Of a stretch of DNA of 64,000 nt, positions 11,202 to 22,907 are shown in pieces. This DNA is from Nitrospirales bacterium (GTDB lineage Bacteria > Nitrospirota > Nitrospiria > Nitrospirales > UBA8639): assembly GCA_963422365.1 (NCBI GenBank), contig OY729426.1, positions 1,920,001 through 1,984,000 on the forward strand, given 5' to 3'. How positions within the stretch are numbered: the first letter of the stretch is position 1; each line of letters starts with the position of its first letter. The notes beneath the pieces were generated by a model, which saw only the letters and a list, made by a program, of their open reading frames with translations, did no database searches and was not told the DNA's origin. The position numbers and the translations under genes are program-made.

Positions 11202-13796
11202 ATGGATATGAACCGCATGACTTTGAAAGTCCAAGAGGCGCTGCAAGCAGCGTCTGCTCTTGCCGTGCATCGGAACCATCAGGGTATCGATATCGAGCAC
11301 GTGTTGGTGGGATTACTGGAAGACCCCGATGGGTCCGCCGGCCCGATCTTGGAACAAACCGGCGTATCTGTTTCTGCCGTTCAAGCCAAGGCCGAAGAAC
11401 GACTCGAAAAAGTTCCTCGAGTCCACGGTGCTGGAGCAGCACCCGGACATCTTCACTTCACCCAACGAACAACAACGCTTCTTTCTCGTGCCGAGGAAGA
11501 AAAACAAGCTTTAAAAGATGAGTACATCAGTGTCGAGCATCTCCTGCTAGCAATGGTGGACTATGACGGTGTACTGAAAAAGCTAGGGGTGACAAGGGAG
11601 AAACTGTTAGCCGGGCTCCAACACATTCGCGGCAATCAACGAGTCACCAGTCAAGATCCTGAAGGGACGTTTCAGGCGTTGGAAAAATATGGCAGGGATC
11701 TGACCAAGTTGGCTGGACAGGGAAAGCTGGATCCCGTCATCGGTCGCGATGAGGAAATTCGACGGACGATTCAGATTTTATCGAGACGGACGAAAAATAA
11801 TCCCGTTCTCATTGGTGAACCCGGAGTCGGGAAAACGGCCATCGTCGAGGGGCTGGCCCAACGGATGATCAAGGGAGACGTTCCTGAAGGGTTGAAACAG
11901 AAGCGCGTGGTGGTTCTCGACATGGGCGCATTGGTGGCAGGGGCCAAATTTCGAGGAGAGTTTGAGGAACGGTTGAAAGCCGTTTTGAAAGAAATTCAAT
12001 CATCGCAGGGTCATATTCTTCTCTTTATCGATGAACTGCACACCGTCGTGGGCACGGGAGCGGCGGAAGGAGCCATGGACGCCGCCAATCTGCTGAAGCC
12101 GATGCTTGCGAGAGGAGAGCTTCATCTGATCGGTGCGACGACCTTGGATGAATATCGTAAGCATATTGAAAAAGATGCGGCACTTGAGCGTCGTTTCCAA
12201 CCCGTGGTCGTGGAACAACCCTCAGTGGAAAACACGATTTCGATTCTGAGGGGACTCAAGGAACGGTATGAAGTTCATCATGGGGTCCGTATTAAAGATG
12301 CGGCTTTGGTTGCAGCCGCACGGCTGTCTCATCGGTATATCGGCGACCGATTTCTTCCAGACAAGGCCATCGATCTCGTCGATGAATCTGCCGCGCGACT
12401 TCGTACGGAAATCGACAGCATGCCAGCCGAATTAGATGAAGTCTCGCGAAAGGTCCTGCAACTCGAAATTGAACGAGAAGCCTTAAAAAAGGAAGACGAT
12501 CCAGGCAGCCAAGCAAGACTGGAAACGTTGGAAAAGGAACTTGAGGGCAAGCGTCAAGAATGCACTGACTTGAAACAACGATGGGACGCGGAAAAATCTG
12601 CTGTCGGGCGATTACAACGGATTCGGCAACAGATTGAAGACTTCAAACATCAGATTGAAAAAGCTGAACGTGAATATGATCTCAATCGTGTTGCAGAACT
12701 CCGATATGGAACAATGCCTCGGCTGGAGAGAGAACTTCAGGCTGAAGAAGAACATCTTGACCGACAAGAAGGCGAGTCACGTCTTTTAAAAGAGGAGGTT
12801 GATGAAGAAGATATTGCAGAAGTTGTCAGCCGATGGACGGGTATTCCTGTTCGCCGACTTCTCCAGGGAGAAATGGAAAAACTTCTACAATTGGGCGAAT
12901 GGCTTCATCAACGCGTCGTCGGACAGGAGGAAGGGGTTCGGGCCGTCGCCGATGCCGTGCTTCGGGCACGATCAGGCATCAATGACCCCAATCGGCCCAT
13001 TGGATCGTTTTTATTTCTTGGCCCAACCGGCGTGGGAAAAACTGAACTGGCACGAGCCTTGGCTCATATCCTCTTTGATGATGAGGCCAATCTCATTCGG
13101 ATTGATCTGTCGGAATACATGGAAAAACACACAGTCGCGCGACTCATCGGCGCCCCGCCTGGCTATGTCGGATACGAAGAGGGTGGGCAATTGACCGAAG
13201 CCGTGAGGCGTCACCCTTTTTGCGTGATTCTATTGGACGAAATCGAGAAAGCCCACCATGATGTATCTAATGTTCTGCTTCAGGTGCTTGATGACGGCCG
13301 ATTGACCGATTCCCAAGGAAGAACCGTCGATTTTAAGAATACCGTATTGATGATGACGTCGAATGTCGGCAGTCAAGAAATTTTAGAAGCACAAGAACAC
13401 GGACGAACCTATGAAGAATTGCACACGATGGTTTTGAATGAGGTCAAGCACCATTTCCGTCCGGAATTCTTGAATCGCATCGATGAAACCGTCGTGTTTC
13501 ATCCGCTGAGTACGGATGCAGTCGGTCGAATCGCGGACATTCAACTGGCTCGATTAAGAGCCAGATTGGAGGACCGAAGAATTCGTTTGGAGGTAACCGA
13601 CGAGGCGTTATCGAATTTAGGAACGCGCGGCTATAGTCCCCTGTATGGGGCTCGACCGTTGAAACGATTGATCCAACATGATGTGGAAACACCCTTGTCG
13701 AAGCTTCTGGTAAAAGGAGAGGTAAAGCACGGTGACGCGGTGATGGTCGATTGTAAAGATGGGCAGGTGGTGCTCATCCCCGTCATTCAGGAATGA
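11202..13796 (+). CDS. clpB: ATP-dependent chaperone ClpB
   Basis: Two AAA+ modules ([16 protein letters not shown]), middle coiled-coil domain, GARPLKR. Start placed at MDMNRMT after a GAGGAG RBS. Confidence 0.97.
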   Translation: MDMNRMTLKVQEALQAASALAVHRNHQGIDIEHVLVGLLEDPDGSAGPILEQTGVSVSAVQAKAEERLEKVPRVHGAGAAPGHLHFTQRTTTLLSRAEEEKQALKDEYISVEHLLLAMVDYDGVLKKLGVTREKLLAGLQHIRGNQRVTSQDPEGTFQALEKYGRDLTKLAGQGKLDPVIGRDEEIRRTIQILSRRTKNNPVLIGEPGVGKTAIVEGLAQRMIKGDVPEGLKQKRVVVLDMGALVAGAKFRGEFEERLKAVLKEIQSSQGHILLFIDELHTVVGTGAAEGAMDAANLLKPMLARGELHLIGATTLDEYRKHIEKDAALERRFQPVVVEQPSVENTISILRGLKERYEVHHGVRIKDAALVAAARLSHRYIGDRFLPDKAIDLVDESAARLRTEIDSMPAELDEVSRKVLQLEIEREALKKEDDPGSQARLETLEKELEGKRQECTDLKQRWDAEKSAVGRLQRIRQQIEDFKHQIEKAEREYDLNRVAELRYGTMPRLERELQAEEEHLDRQEGESRLLKEEVDEEDIAEVVSRWTGIPVRRLLQGEMEKLLQLGEWLHQRVVGQEEGVRAVADAVLRARSGINDPNRPIGSFLFLGPTGVGKTELARALAHILFDDEANLIRIDLSEYMEKHTVARLIGAPPGYVGYEEGGQLTEAVRRHPFCVILLDEIEKAHHDVSNVLLQVLDDGRLTDSQGRTVDFKNTVLMMTSNVGSQEILEAQEHGRTYEELHTMVLNEVKHHFRPEFLNRIDETVVFHPLSTDAVGRIADIQLARLRARLEDRRIRLEVTDEALSNLGTRGYSPLYGARPLKRLIQHDVETPLSKLLVKGEVKHGDAVMVDCKDGQVVLIPVIQE

Positions 13797-13875
13797 GCGC
13801 ACCTTTGGGAAAAAGAACCTTGGATTCAATAGATCGAGGGCTTTTTCTGATACGCAACCACATCAGTTGCACGGC

Positions 13876-14607
13876 TTAGTTTTTGGTTGCCGTCATAATG
13901 GTTTGACGAAGCCAGAATGAGTGGTCATTCGTGACAGACTTGGTCACGAAAATATCCACAGGCCGAACTTTTTCCCCGTAATAGGCTTCATTGGAACCAT
14001 CGTCTGCAAAAATAATAGAGCCTTCCAATGATACACCCGCATAGGCCCCTTTTGACCGCGAAAACGAAAGAAAATCAGCGTTCAAATTGGCTGAGGTTGC
14101 ACCCCCGACTCCAGCTCCATAGGGCCCGGCTGCAATAGAGGCATCCCCACCGAGTTTAAAGGATGAAGCCGCAGAGAGTTTTTCGACTGCTTCTTGTGTC
14201 ATGGCCAAGAGGATAACCTCTGAGGCTTCCCCGCCCCATTGAAATCCAAAGCTGAATCCACCCACGACATAAAAGGCTGGTTGACTCCACTCACCTGTCC
14301 GTTCGTCACGGACGACCAAGACCCCACTTCCCCCGTCTGCACCGATAAAGAAGGCCGCCTTTAATTGTTGTGGAATAATCAAAAGGGCTTTGGCTGCTTT
14401 GATGTGATCCTGAAACCAAGTCAAATGAGGATCCTTCGTAAAACTTTCAACGGTGTGTCGGGCTTTTTCCACAAGTTGTTGCTCATCCAGACCGCTGGCC
14501 AAGGCAGGAGTCCCACAAAAGCAAAGGAGAAGAAGTCCCCTCATCCACAGCCATAGCGGTTTCTTGTGTGAGTGTCGTTGTTTGTCGGACTGGCTTTCTT
14601 GTGTCAT
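13876..14607 (-). CDS. SYLF/Ysc84-like lipid-binding domain protein, exported
   Basis: Signal peptide; AKALLIIP, GGSGVLV, GFQWGGE, KLGGDASIAAGP, SRSKGAYAGVSLEG. Confidence 0.85.
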   Translation of the reverse strand: MTQESQSDKQRHSHKKPLWLWMRGLLLLCFCGTPALASGLDEQQLVEKARHTVESFTKDPHLTWFQDHIKAAKALLIIPQQLKAAFFIGADGGSGVLVVRDERTGEWSQPAFYVVGGFSFGFQWGGEASEVILLAMTQEAVEKLSAASSFKLGGDASIAAGPYGAGVGGATSANLNADFLSFSRSKGAYAGVSLEGSIIFADDGSNEAYYGEKVRPVDIFVTKSVTNDHSFWLRQTIMTATKN

Positions 14608-14829
14608 GGATTTTCCCCTTCGTGAAACAACCATGAAAGAAACTCTGTTATCCATTCTCTCTTATTTTCAAAAAGAGCAAGAACGGGACATCAGCCTAGG
14701 GGCGTATGGATCGTAATTCATGAAGTGATTCTCAAAAAACAAGTAAAAACCGAAGGTTTGGACAAGAGTAAATTTTGAACCGGAAAGAACGGTTCGTTTT
14801 AGTGCGTAGACCTCGCTGTCATTTTAGAC

Positions 14830-15252
14830 TCATTCGCCCATGATCTGGACGATGATCTCTCGAGATCGTGCTCGTGTATCAAAATCGAGAATGACAATTT
14901 CTTGCCAGGTTCCTAAAAGGAGTTGTTTGTCGGCAAAGGGAATGGTAAGGGATGGCCCCTGGATTTGGCCCCGCAAATGACTATGCCCGTTATTTTCTCC
15001 AGGATTTCTGGTGTTATGCTGCCATGTGGAATCAGCAGGAATCAGGCGATCCCAAATGGTTTTGGTGTCGTCTCGCAAGCCTGGCTCATCCTCGATAATA
15101 AGGACCGAGGCGGTGGTATGTTTCACGAATATTGTCACAATTCCAGCTTGTAAGGGTGCGTGGGAAAGAAACTGCCGAATAGAAGCAGAAATATTCTCAA
15201 TCTGCGAATTGCCTTGCATCGTCACCGAAAAATGGTGAGTGATCACAGGCAT
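14830..15252 (-). CDS. yjbQ: YjbQ/UPF0047 family protein
   Basis: HTTASV, NGHSHLR, LLLGTWQEI, DFD. Start placed at MPVITHHF. Confidence 0.85.
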   Translation of the reverse strand: MPVITHHFSVTMQGNSQIENISASIRQFLSHAPLQAGIVTIFVKHTTASVLIIEDEPGLRDDTKTIWDRLIPADSTWQHNTRNPGENNGHSHLRGQIQGPSLTIPFADKQLLLGTWQEIVILDFDTRARSREIIVQIMGE

Positions 15253-15265
15253 CGGATTTTGTATC

Positions 15266-16150
15266 TCAGAGGGATCGCAGAAATCGTTGTTCGCGTCGCG
15301 ACAATATCCCACCTCGAGCCGCTTTGAGTATGGAGTCGAAGATCCCAGAGGCTGTTAATTGTCGAACGGCCTTTACTACCCTTGCACTTAAGCGGCCTTG
15401 CCGTTGTAATGAGTCAAGATAGTGAAAGGCGTCATAAAAGCTTTCTTGGGAGCGCGTATAGTAGTCCGCTCCCCGTCGACGATTACTATAGGCTTCCAAT
15501 TGCTCACAAGCGACAAGGATTTCCCCCAGTTCTTTGACCCATCCCGGAGCCTTCTCCAGTTTTTCAGGGTAATAATAATACAACGTGACCTGTTCCATCC
15601 AGGGCAACCAACGAATTTCCAGGCTTTCTAAGAAGGGCTTCACCTTTTTGAGTTGCCGACGATGGCGACGTGCAAATCCTAAACGCATTTCGACTTGCTC
15701 GCATGCCCACTTGGTGAGCGGCAATCCTTCTTCGGCCAATGGTTGACGGTACGCCTTCACGAACGCTTCAGTTTCTTTGCCATAACTCGAATAGGGGTGT
15801 CGCGATCGCCATTCGGCAGGTCTCGTTGGAATATTGTGGTGACGCGCCCAGGACCATAGTTTGCCAAAAAGACGGCGGTCAAGCCCTGCTCTTCCCAAAT
15901 CATGGAAGAGACAGGCAATTTGAAATTGGCGGACTCGTGATCGTTCATACGAGAGATGTTGGGCAACGACTGCACACATCTTCGCCGTTCGAAAGGCATG
16001 GGCCTTGTCATATCCTCTAATAATGGTATGGGATTTCAGAGGATGGGGATAGTCGTAACATGTTAGCAGCGTCTTGACTAGGGCTTGGGGCACCAGAAGA
16101 AATGGATATGGTGATTGCGAAGGAGGCCGTGGTCGGGAGGAAGATCTCAT
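15266..16150 (-). CDS. HD-domain protein, function unknown
   Basis: H...HD pattern (AHAFRTA...ACLFHDLGR); ends 13 nt upstream of the yjbQ start. Confidence 0.65.
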   Translation of the reverse strand: MRSSSRPRPPSQSPYPFLLVPQALVKTLLTCYDYPHPLKSHTIIRGYDKAHAFRTAKMCAVVAQHLSYERSRVRQFQIACLFHDLGRAGLDRRLFGKLWSWARHHNIPTRPAEWRSRHPYSSYGKETEAFVKAYRQPLAEEGLPLTKWACEQVEMRLGFARRHRRQLKKVKPFLESLEIRWLPWMEQVTLYYYYPEKLEKAPGWVKELGEILVACEQLEAYSNRRRGADYYTRSQESFYDAFHYLDSLQRQGRLSARVVKAVRQLTASGIFDSILKAARGGILSRREQRFLRSL

Positions 16151-16385
16151 GGCTTCGGAACTGCCGATAGAATAACAAGCGAACATTTGTTAGAATTGGG
16201 GAAAACCCTAACGGTGAAATCGTCAAACTGTCAAGAAAATGTTACGGCGGTGATGGTGGAGGAGATGAGCCACTACCCGTCTGAAGAGGACATGAAGGTT
16301 GAGCCCAAAGTTGTGCCTTTGCGAGAATGTCAATTTGTTTGACCCGCAAGATTTGCGGTCAAGATAGTCAGCCGAGAGTGAACAC

Positions 16386-19300
16386 ATGATGTCCAAGCGA
16401 AAACGCCTGATTTCCAGCCTGTTTCTTATTATGATTCTTTGTGTTCTGGGTGTGGTGTATGTTGCGACATTTCACCTGGAGGATTTGCAACGAGTGGTTC
16501 GAGATCTCATCGTGAGGTCCTTTGGAGAACACGTCACGGTCGAACAACTTCATGTAAACTTCTTACCGTATCCGCAGTTAGAATTAGTGGATATCAGTAT
16601 CAATGACCCCAAGCAGGGCACCCCAATTTTTCAGGCCTCTCACATTCAACTCGATCTCAGTTTCTTATCCTTAATGCAAGAGACGCCCATGCCGCATGCG
16701 TTGATCATAAAGAACGCCTTTCTTGATCTTGAACGAGATGAACAAGGGCAATGGAACTATCGAAAAATTTTTCAAGAAGGAATGGCTGATAGGGTAGGGA
16801 TAGGGACTTGGCTCTCAGGGCGTTCCTTGAAATTCATCAATGGATCAGTCCACCTAGAGGACCGGTATCGCCGCGAAGTCACTTTTATTGTCCAGGTGGA
16901 AGAAGTGGAATTGCAGGTTGAACAATTAGTGCTGGATGGTCCTACGGAAGTGTTTCTTTCCGCGCGACTTTCCAAAGGAGACACGGGATCCATTATTTCC
17001 TCCTACGGAACCCTCCAACATATCGGCGGATTTCTCGAGTTTGAATCAATGGCACAGCTTGAGGCTTCGCCTCAACTCGATCTGCACACTCGCTTGGAAT
17101 TTGATCGAAAAACTCTTTTGCAACTGGCTGATCTTTTCAAGGTGCGTGAGGTACCGATAGGGTTGCAAGGTCGAACCAAAGCCCAAGGGCATATCCATTT
17201 CGCTCCCGGTCCTCTTGGGTATGATTTGGTGTTATCCGATCTTGTGGTGTTAACGGACAATATTGACCTCAATGCAGAAGTCAGGATGATGGGTGTATTG
17301 CAGCCCGAGCCCCCGACCTTCTCTAGTCAATGGACGAGTACCCCCGTAGCTGTTCAGCATTTACCCCAATTGCTTCCCCAAGAGCTCGTCCCTTCAGAGC
17401 TGTCTGATGCCATTTATCGTCAAACCATGAGTGGAAAGATCCAAGCGGTTTCGGCAACATTGACGAGCTCCGCCAGTCAAGAAGTGGGATATTCCTTGAC
17501 AGGAAAATTTCACTTTTCGGAAGGAACGTTGGCCTTCGGATCGAAGTGGGGAAAAGCCGAAGGGATCACAGGAACGATTGATATTCAGCCGGGCCAGATT
17601 CGTCTGTTGGATTTTCATGGACGATATGAGCAAATTCCCATGGATCGAGTAACAGGCACGATTGACTTGACCGAGCAGGGTCCTTGGTTAACGACGGAAT
17701 TCGGAGGGACGGTCTCCTCAAAAAGATTCGTCGGTATCATGCACAACATATTTGAGTGGAATACCCCACGACATCCGATGAAATCTTTACAAGGCACAGC
17801 AGGGAGTGGAGCACTCACTGTACGATTCGCCGGACCGCTCAAGAATCCTCGAGCCATCACGTTCCAAAGTGCCGAGTATCATCCGGCGCAGATCGCGGTG
17901 CAACTCCCTGGCTTGCATGCTCCCCTCACCCAAGTAGAGGGAATCTTTGCCTTTTCCCCCAAACATCTTCGGTTTGAACAGATAACAGGGCTTTATGGGC
18001 AAAGCGATTTTCGAATCGAAGGAACTATGACATTTGAAGAACAACCCTACCTTGATGGCGTGAAAATTCAGGGTCGTTTCAGTGACAATGATCTGGTCAA
18101 TCTTTTTTCCGATCAAACCCTTTCAGCGCAAAAGATCATTTCAGGTCAAGCTGACTACCTCGTCGTGGTCGACGGCAAACTGCAAACCCCCACCGTGAAA
18201 GGAAGAGTGGCGTTGCAAGGATTAGAGATTCTTCTACCGGGAATCCTCTCCAAACATCCAACCCTTGTCGGAAATCTAAATTTTCACATTCGGATTGGCA
18301 AAAATCGTCAACTTGCTTTCGAACGCATTGCCCTGACCCTTCCCTCTATCCGCCTCGCGGGACGAGGGGAGTTTTCTTACGAAGAAACGCTGACCTTTAA
18401 GGCGTTCCTTACGGCTAAACCGATAAACTTCGAGTTGTTGCCGCCGGGGCTTGCATTATTTGACAAGACATTTTCCTCTGGGACCTTGGAAGGCTTTGTC
18501 GATCTTCAGGGAACGGGGAGTGATTGGAGGTCATGGAACAAATCGGGATGGGTGGCGTTAACAAATGGAGCCGTCAAAATCGAGGGGGTACGGGCACCGA
18601 TTTCTCAGGTAGTTCTTCGGGTCAAACTGGATGGGCATACCGCTGAACTAAGGCACCTTCAATGGAATATCGATGAAAGCCAGGCTAAGGCTACGGGAAT
18701 CATCCGAACGTGGGACAGCACACCGGAAATGAAATTGACATTCACGGCGCCGCAATTCGATATTGGTCTTTTGATACCAAAGGAAGAACCATCTCCACTT
18801 CGAGCATTCCTGGAAAAAATCGCCGAAACAGCCACAGTCACAGGGAGTCTGCGTTTCGATCGTGCATGGTACCACAACTTGCATTTTAAGAAGTTAACCG
18901 GCCAATTCCGAATCCAAAACAGCACAATCGGCGTTGACCACATTCAGGGAACAACCGACAACGGTACGGTTCACGGACGCTTTTTCGTCCATCTCCCTGC
19001 TCAACAGCCTGCCGCGATGAAAACATGGTTTACCGTGAACAAGATTCCCTTGTTAACCTTAGAACAAACCTTTTTCAATGAGCAGGCACTGGATGAACGA
19101 TTGATGACAGGTCTGATGTCTGCTGAGGGTACCATTCAAGGAAATGGCAAGGATCCACATGGCGTGCTCCCAACCCTCAATGGAACGTTGCAACTTTCGA
19201 TCGTGGATGGACAAATCAAAAAAGGTACGGTGATCCCAAAAATATTGACCATCATGAACCTGCCAAGCGTGCTGCAGGGGATGGTCGATCTCGAGAAAGA

Positions 19301-19778
19301 GGGCTATCCCTTTGATCGACAAACCGGAACTTTTACGATAGCCAATGGCCGTCTTGCTTCAGACGATATCGTCATGGATGGACCGATTCTGAAAATAACT
19401 GCCGCAGGGCAGTATGATCTGGTGAATGACGAATTAGATGTGGTGGCCGCAGCCAGCCCATTTGGGCCCTATTTTGATCTTCTTAGAAAAATTCCGTTAT
19501 TTGGGATATTGTTCGATGGTGAAGAAGGGGGAGTCGCCATGGCTCTGTTTGACGTTAAAGGGTCGCTTCACGATCCAACGATCGAGCCTTTGCCCTTGGA
19601 ATCCTTTGCCGCCGGGTTAACGGGATTTGCCAAATTAGCTTTCTCTGTCTTGAAAAATACGATCACCTTGCCGCAGAAAATTTTTTTTCCTGAAGGAAAC
19701 GAAGAATCCCGTTCCGAATTGAATAACCTCAAAGACAAAGAACAAGAGATTGAGGATACGCCCATAGAAAGTTATTAA
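16386..19778 (+). CDS. AsmA-like (YhdP/TamB superfamily) periplasmic bridge protein
   Basis: 1130 aa with an N-terminal TM anchor, LERDEQGQWNY, a beta-rich body and an AsmA-type C-terminus (FDVKGSLHDPTI). Confidence 0.8.
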   Translation: MMSKRKRLISSLFLIMILCVLGVVYVATFHLEDLQRVVRDLIVRSFGEHVTVEQLHVNFLPYPQLELVDISINDPKQGTPIFQASHIQLDLSFLSLMQETPMPHALIIKNAFLDLERDEQGQWNYRKIFQEGMADRVGIGTWLSGRSLKFINGSVHLEDRYRREVTFIVQVEEVELQVEQLVLDGPTEVFLSARLSKGDTGSIISSYGTLQHIGGFLEFESMAQLEASPQLDLHTRLEFDRKTLLQLADLFKVREVPIGLQGRTKAQGHIHFAPGPLGYDLVLSDLVVLTDNIDLNAEVRMMGVLQPEPPTFSSQWTSTPVAVQHLPQLLPQELVPSELSDAIYRQTMSGKIQAVSATLTSSASQEVGYSLTGKFHFSEGTLAFGSKWGKAEGITGTIDIQPGQIRLLDFHGRYEQIPMDRVTGTIDLTEQGPWLTTEFGGTVSSKRFVGIMHNIFEWNTPRHPMKSLQGTAGSGALTVRFAGPLKNPRAITFQSAEYHPAQIAVQLPGLHAPLTQVEGIFAFSPKHLRFEQITGLYGQSDFRIEGTMTFEEQPYLDGVKIQGRFSDNDLVNLFSDQTLSAQKIISGQADYLVVVDGKLQTPTVKGRVALQGLEILLPGILSKHPTLVGNLNFHIRIGKNRQLAFERIALTLPSIRLAGRGEFSYEETLTFKAFLTAKPINFELLPPGLALFDKTFSSGTLEGFVDLQGTGSDWRSWNKSGWVALTNGAVKIEGVRAPISQVVLRVKLDGHTAELRHLQWNIDESQAKATGIIRTWDSTPEMKLTFTAPQFDIGLLIPKEEPSPLRAFLEKIAETATVTGSLRFDRAWYHNLHFKKLTGQFRIQNSTIGVDHIQGTTDNGTVHGRFFVHLPAQQPAAMKTWFTVNKIPLLTLEQTFFNEQALDERLMTGLMSAEGTIQGNGKDPHGVLPTLNGTLQLSIVDGQIKKGTVIPKILTIMNLPSVLQGMVDLEKEGYPFDRQTGTFTIANGRLASDDIVMDGPILKITAAGQYDLVNDELDVVAAASPFGPYFDLLRKIPLFGILFDGEEGGVAMALFDVKGSLHDPTIEPLPLESFAAGLTGFAKLAFSVLKNTITLPQKIFFPEGNEESRSELNNLKDKEQEIEDTPIESY

Positions 19779-20022
19779 ACATTCAGGCAATCGTATTCTT
19801 ATCGTATATCTTTCCGATCTCTTCAACACGTAGTTTTTTGCCATTTCCTTACTCCCTCTATCTCCAAAAAGCTGAAAGGGAAAGAGCCCCTCCCTGTATG
19901 GTCTTATTCGTGGCAGATCTCGTCGATGTCGAGGAAAAAGGCGTGCCGTGTGGCAAAGGATTTTACTGTGATTGCCATCTTTCTCGGAAATATAGATAGG
20001 GCAGGAGTGCGGCAATAACAGA

Positions 20023-20515
20023 TCACCTGAGAGACTTGGCATGCGCCAAGTCTATGACGTGGCCCATAATATTGCCAAAGTTGAACGTTATGAAAAGGCG
20101 CAACTAGCTTGTCCATCGTAAAGGCGCGACACGGGCATTTGGTCCTGGAAGTCCTGATGGTCCAGAAACATTTCCGAACAGTCGGCCAGCCGGTTCTCTG
20201 TGGCGTTTCCATGGAGACGGGGTCGTCCCTATTAGTGGGTACGGTGCAGGCCAAGAGAGAATCCTTTGGGTCGACGATCCACGGCGCTGGCCAGACACTG
20301 TCTCGAGCTCAAGCAAAACGAACGGTCCGCGGGGCGACCCTTTAAGAAACGATGGCTCAACGGGCATCCTTGTGAAAGCCGCCTCGATGTCAGGATTGGC
20401 TGAGGAAGCAGGAATCGCGTATAAAAATATTTCCGACTTCATGGAAACAGTAGATACTGCAGAGATCACCAGGAAAGTGGCCGAATTATTACCAGTAGGT
20501 AACATCAAAAGGTAA
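20023..20515 (+). pseudogene. rtcB: RtcB RNA ligase remnant (C-terminal portion)
   Basis: Across three frameshifts and one stop: VYDVAHNIAK, LVHRKGATRAFGPG, GQPVLCGVSMETGS, FGSTIHGAG, LAEEAGIAYK, LPVGNIKR*. Confidence 0.85.
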
Positions 20516-20573
20516 GAAACCTGCAATAATCGGACATGACGCGGTCTCGCGAAATCGATGAAAGGCTTTGGAA

Positions 20574-21602
20574 ATGATTCCTACTGTTGAATGGAAAGAG
20601 GGAGTCGTGTGGCTCCTTGATCAAAGTCAGTTGCCCGGACACACAGAACTGCTTGAATGCAAAGACGTTGATGCCGTGGCATCTGCTATCCGAGAATTGC
20701 GGGTGCGAGGGGCACCTGCTATTGGCGTGACCGCCGCGATGGGGGTCGCGCTGGGAGCGCAGTCCGTATTTGAGACTGATGCCCCGACGTTTGAACGAAA
20801 AGTCTTGGCCATTTGCGATCAATTAGCAGTCACTCGACCCACGGCAGTGAATCTTTTTTGGGCGATTGCGCGCATGAAGGGCGTCTTACAGAAAAACCGT
20901 GGCCTCACGGTGCCTGAGCTCCAATCTGGACTTGTGCAAGAAGCCTTGGCAATTCAACGGGAAGATATTGCGATGTGTAAGACCATGGGCCAACAAGGAG
21001 CCCATCTTATCAAGGATGGGCAAAATATTTTAACGCACTGTAATGCAGGGGCATTGGCAACAGCTGGATATGGCACCGCCTTGGGCGTGGTTCGGGCGGC
21101 TTGGGAGCAGGGGAAAAAGGTTCATGTCTTTGCGAATGAAACCCGACCGGTCTTTCAAGGGGCTCGGTTGACGGCTTGGGAGTTGATGGAAGACGGTATT
21201 CCCGTAACTCTTATCACGGACAGTATGGCTGGGGCCATCATGCGACAGGGCACCATTGATTTGTGTGTGGTCGGTGCCGACCGGATTGCTGCCAACGGAG
21301 ACGTGGCGAATAAAATCGGGACGTATACCGTTGCGGTTCTCGCCAAGGCACACGACATTCCTTTTTATGTCGCGGCGCCCTCTTCGACTATCGACCTTTC
21401 GACTCCATCCGGTTCCGCTATTCCTATTGAAGAACGTCCTAGTCATGAAGTGACCTCCTTCAATGGGGCATGGATTGCTCCAAAAGGCGTGGCGGTCCTT
21501 AACCCTGCTTTTGACGTGACTCCTGCCGAGTATATCACGGGGATCATTACGGAACAGGGCGTGGTGGTCCCAGACCAGATTTTAGAACAGTCTAAAAGCT
21601 AA
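20574..21602 (+). CDS. mtnA: S-methyl-5-thioribose-1-phosphate isomerase
   Basis: [55 protein letters not shown]. Confidence 0.96.
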   Translation: MIPTVEWKEGVVWLLDQSQLPGHTELLECKDVDAVASAIRELRVRGAPAIGVTAAMGVALGAQSVFETDAPTFERKVLAICDQLAVTRPTAVNLFWAIARMKGVLQKNRGLTVPELQSGLVQEALAIQREDIAMCKTMGQQGAHLIKDGQNILTHCNAGALATAGYGTALGVVRAAWEQGKKVHVFANETRPVFQGARLTAWELMEDGIPVTLITDSMAGAIMRQGTIDLCVVGADRIAANGDVANKIGTYTVAVLAKAHDIPFYVAAPSSTIDLSTPSGSAIPIEERPSHEVTSFNGAWIAPKGVAVLNPAFDVTPAEYITGIITEQGVVVPDQILEQSKS

Positions 21603-21672
21603 CGGCGGGTGAAGGGGAAACCTATCCGTTTTGTCTAAGACACGTTGAAGTACGGTATCTCGGTCAGAAAAA

Positions 21673-22092
21673 ATGATGAACTTTCTAAGGTCATTGTGGA
21701 ACATGAAAAACGAAGTTCCAGGTACGCCACAGTCAGGGTGTCTTATTTATGACTCTCATTGTCGTCTTTGCGTGGCAGTGCAGCAGAAATTAGAGCAGAC
21801 AGCATGTTTCGAACATATTCAGTTTGTTCCCTACGAAAGTCAAAAGGCTGTCGAATGCCTGGGGAAAAGCTATCAAGCTGACTGTCGGCCTTCTATGGCC
21901 TATTGGGTCGACGAGAAAGGAACGGTTACTGCTGGCCTGGAAGCATTTCTTCCCTTCCTCCCAGGCCTAAGGAGTGGAAAAATTTTTATGTTTTTCTGGA
22001 AATTTCGTGCGTGGCGACAGTTCATGCTTGCCCTATATGGATTTGTGGCTAAGCATCGCCATCGTTGGTTTGGTGCAAGTAAGGAGCTCTAG
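21673..22092 (+). CDS. DCC1-like thiol-disulfide oxidoreductase (DUF393)
   Basis: LIYDSHCRLC (DxxCxxC) and C-terminal YGFVAKHRHRWFG. Confidence 0.8.
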   Translation: MMNFLRSLWNMKNEVPGTPQSGCLIYDSHCRLCVAVQQKLEQTACFEHIQFVPYESQKAVECLGKSYQADCRPSMAYWVDEKGTVTAGLEAFLPFLPGLRSGKIFMFFWKFRAWRQFMLALYGFVAKHRHRWFGASKEL

Positions 22093-22135
22093 CTTAGTGT
22101 AGAAAAAGCTCAAATCGTTTATTCTCTGGCCGATC

Positions 22136-22759
22136 TTAAGAGGATTGCTCAAGAAGATGAAACTTGAGCGTCTGTTCTCGAATTTTTGTTTTTTCCAGCA
22201 ATTCCTCAAAGCCCTCGGTGAGCACTTTGCCAATCAATTGTTCCATATCCTCTTCAGTGAAGAACACGCCACTATCCGTTTCTCCGACCCCAATGGCAAT
22301 GCGTACGGTACTGTCGTCGGCTGAGTTGTGGATCGTAAATGCCATGATCGCGTCAACTTCGATGAAGGAGGACAAGAATCGATCGATAGCCTGCACCCTG
22401 AATTTTTTGATGGCGGGCTCAATTCTGATATCGGCGGATTCAATACCTTCGGCCGGGGAGGCAGAAAATCCTGATTGATTCAAGAAGTGAACAAAAGAAC
22501 TTGTGACGCCTTGACTGAGAGTGCCGTCCATCACGTCAAAATATGTTTCGCCTCCTCCTTGATGGATCCGCAGGCCCAAGTGTTTGGATGCTTGTCGTCG
22601 ATCATCGAATGGAGAAACCGCAACTGTAAGAGTAGAGCCTTTGGAATCAATGTCGGATTCGACGTGCTGGACACGTAATTTGGAAATTTCTCCACTCCCG
22701 TGACATCCCGAAAGCAACAAGCCTGCCAAGAGGAATCCTGCGAGACACAATTGTTTCAT
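22136..22759 (-). CDS. Putative lipoprotein
   Basis: Lipobox LLSGC after a hydrophobic signal; VAVSPFDDRR; AGGAG RBS. Confidence 0.75.
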   Translation of the reverse strand: MKQLCLAGFLLAGLLLSGCHGSGEISKLRVQHVESDIDSKGSTLTVAVSPFDDRRQASKHLGLRIHQGGGETYFDVMDGTLSQGVTSSFVHFLNQSGFSASPAEGIESADIRIEPAIKKFRVQAIDRFLSSFIEVDAIMAFTIHNSADDSTVRIAIGVGETDSGVFFTEEDMEQLIGKVLTEGFEELLEKTKIREQTLKFHLLEQSS

Positions 22760-22793
22760 GAGTCGGCACTCCTTTTTCCTAGTGTCGTGTAAC

Positions 22794-22820
22794 GAACTGC
22801 TGACTGCACGTCAGCAGTTC
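22794..22820. other. Perfect 11-bp inverted repeat (hairpin)
   Basis: GAACTGCTGAC-tgcac-GTCAGCAGTTC, followed by ATTTTTT on the + strand. Confidence 0.6.
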
Positions 22821-22907
22821 ATTTTTTGTGCGAATCTCAGCACTCCAGATTTCAACAAAAACTTATTCAGTAACACTATGACAACCCACCAAGAGAATAC
22901 AAGTATT

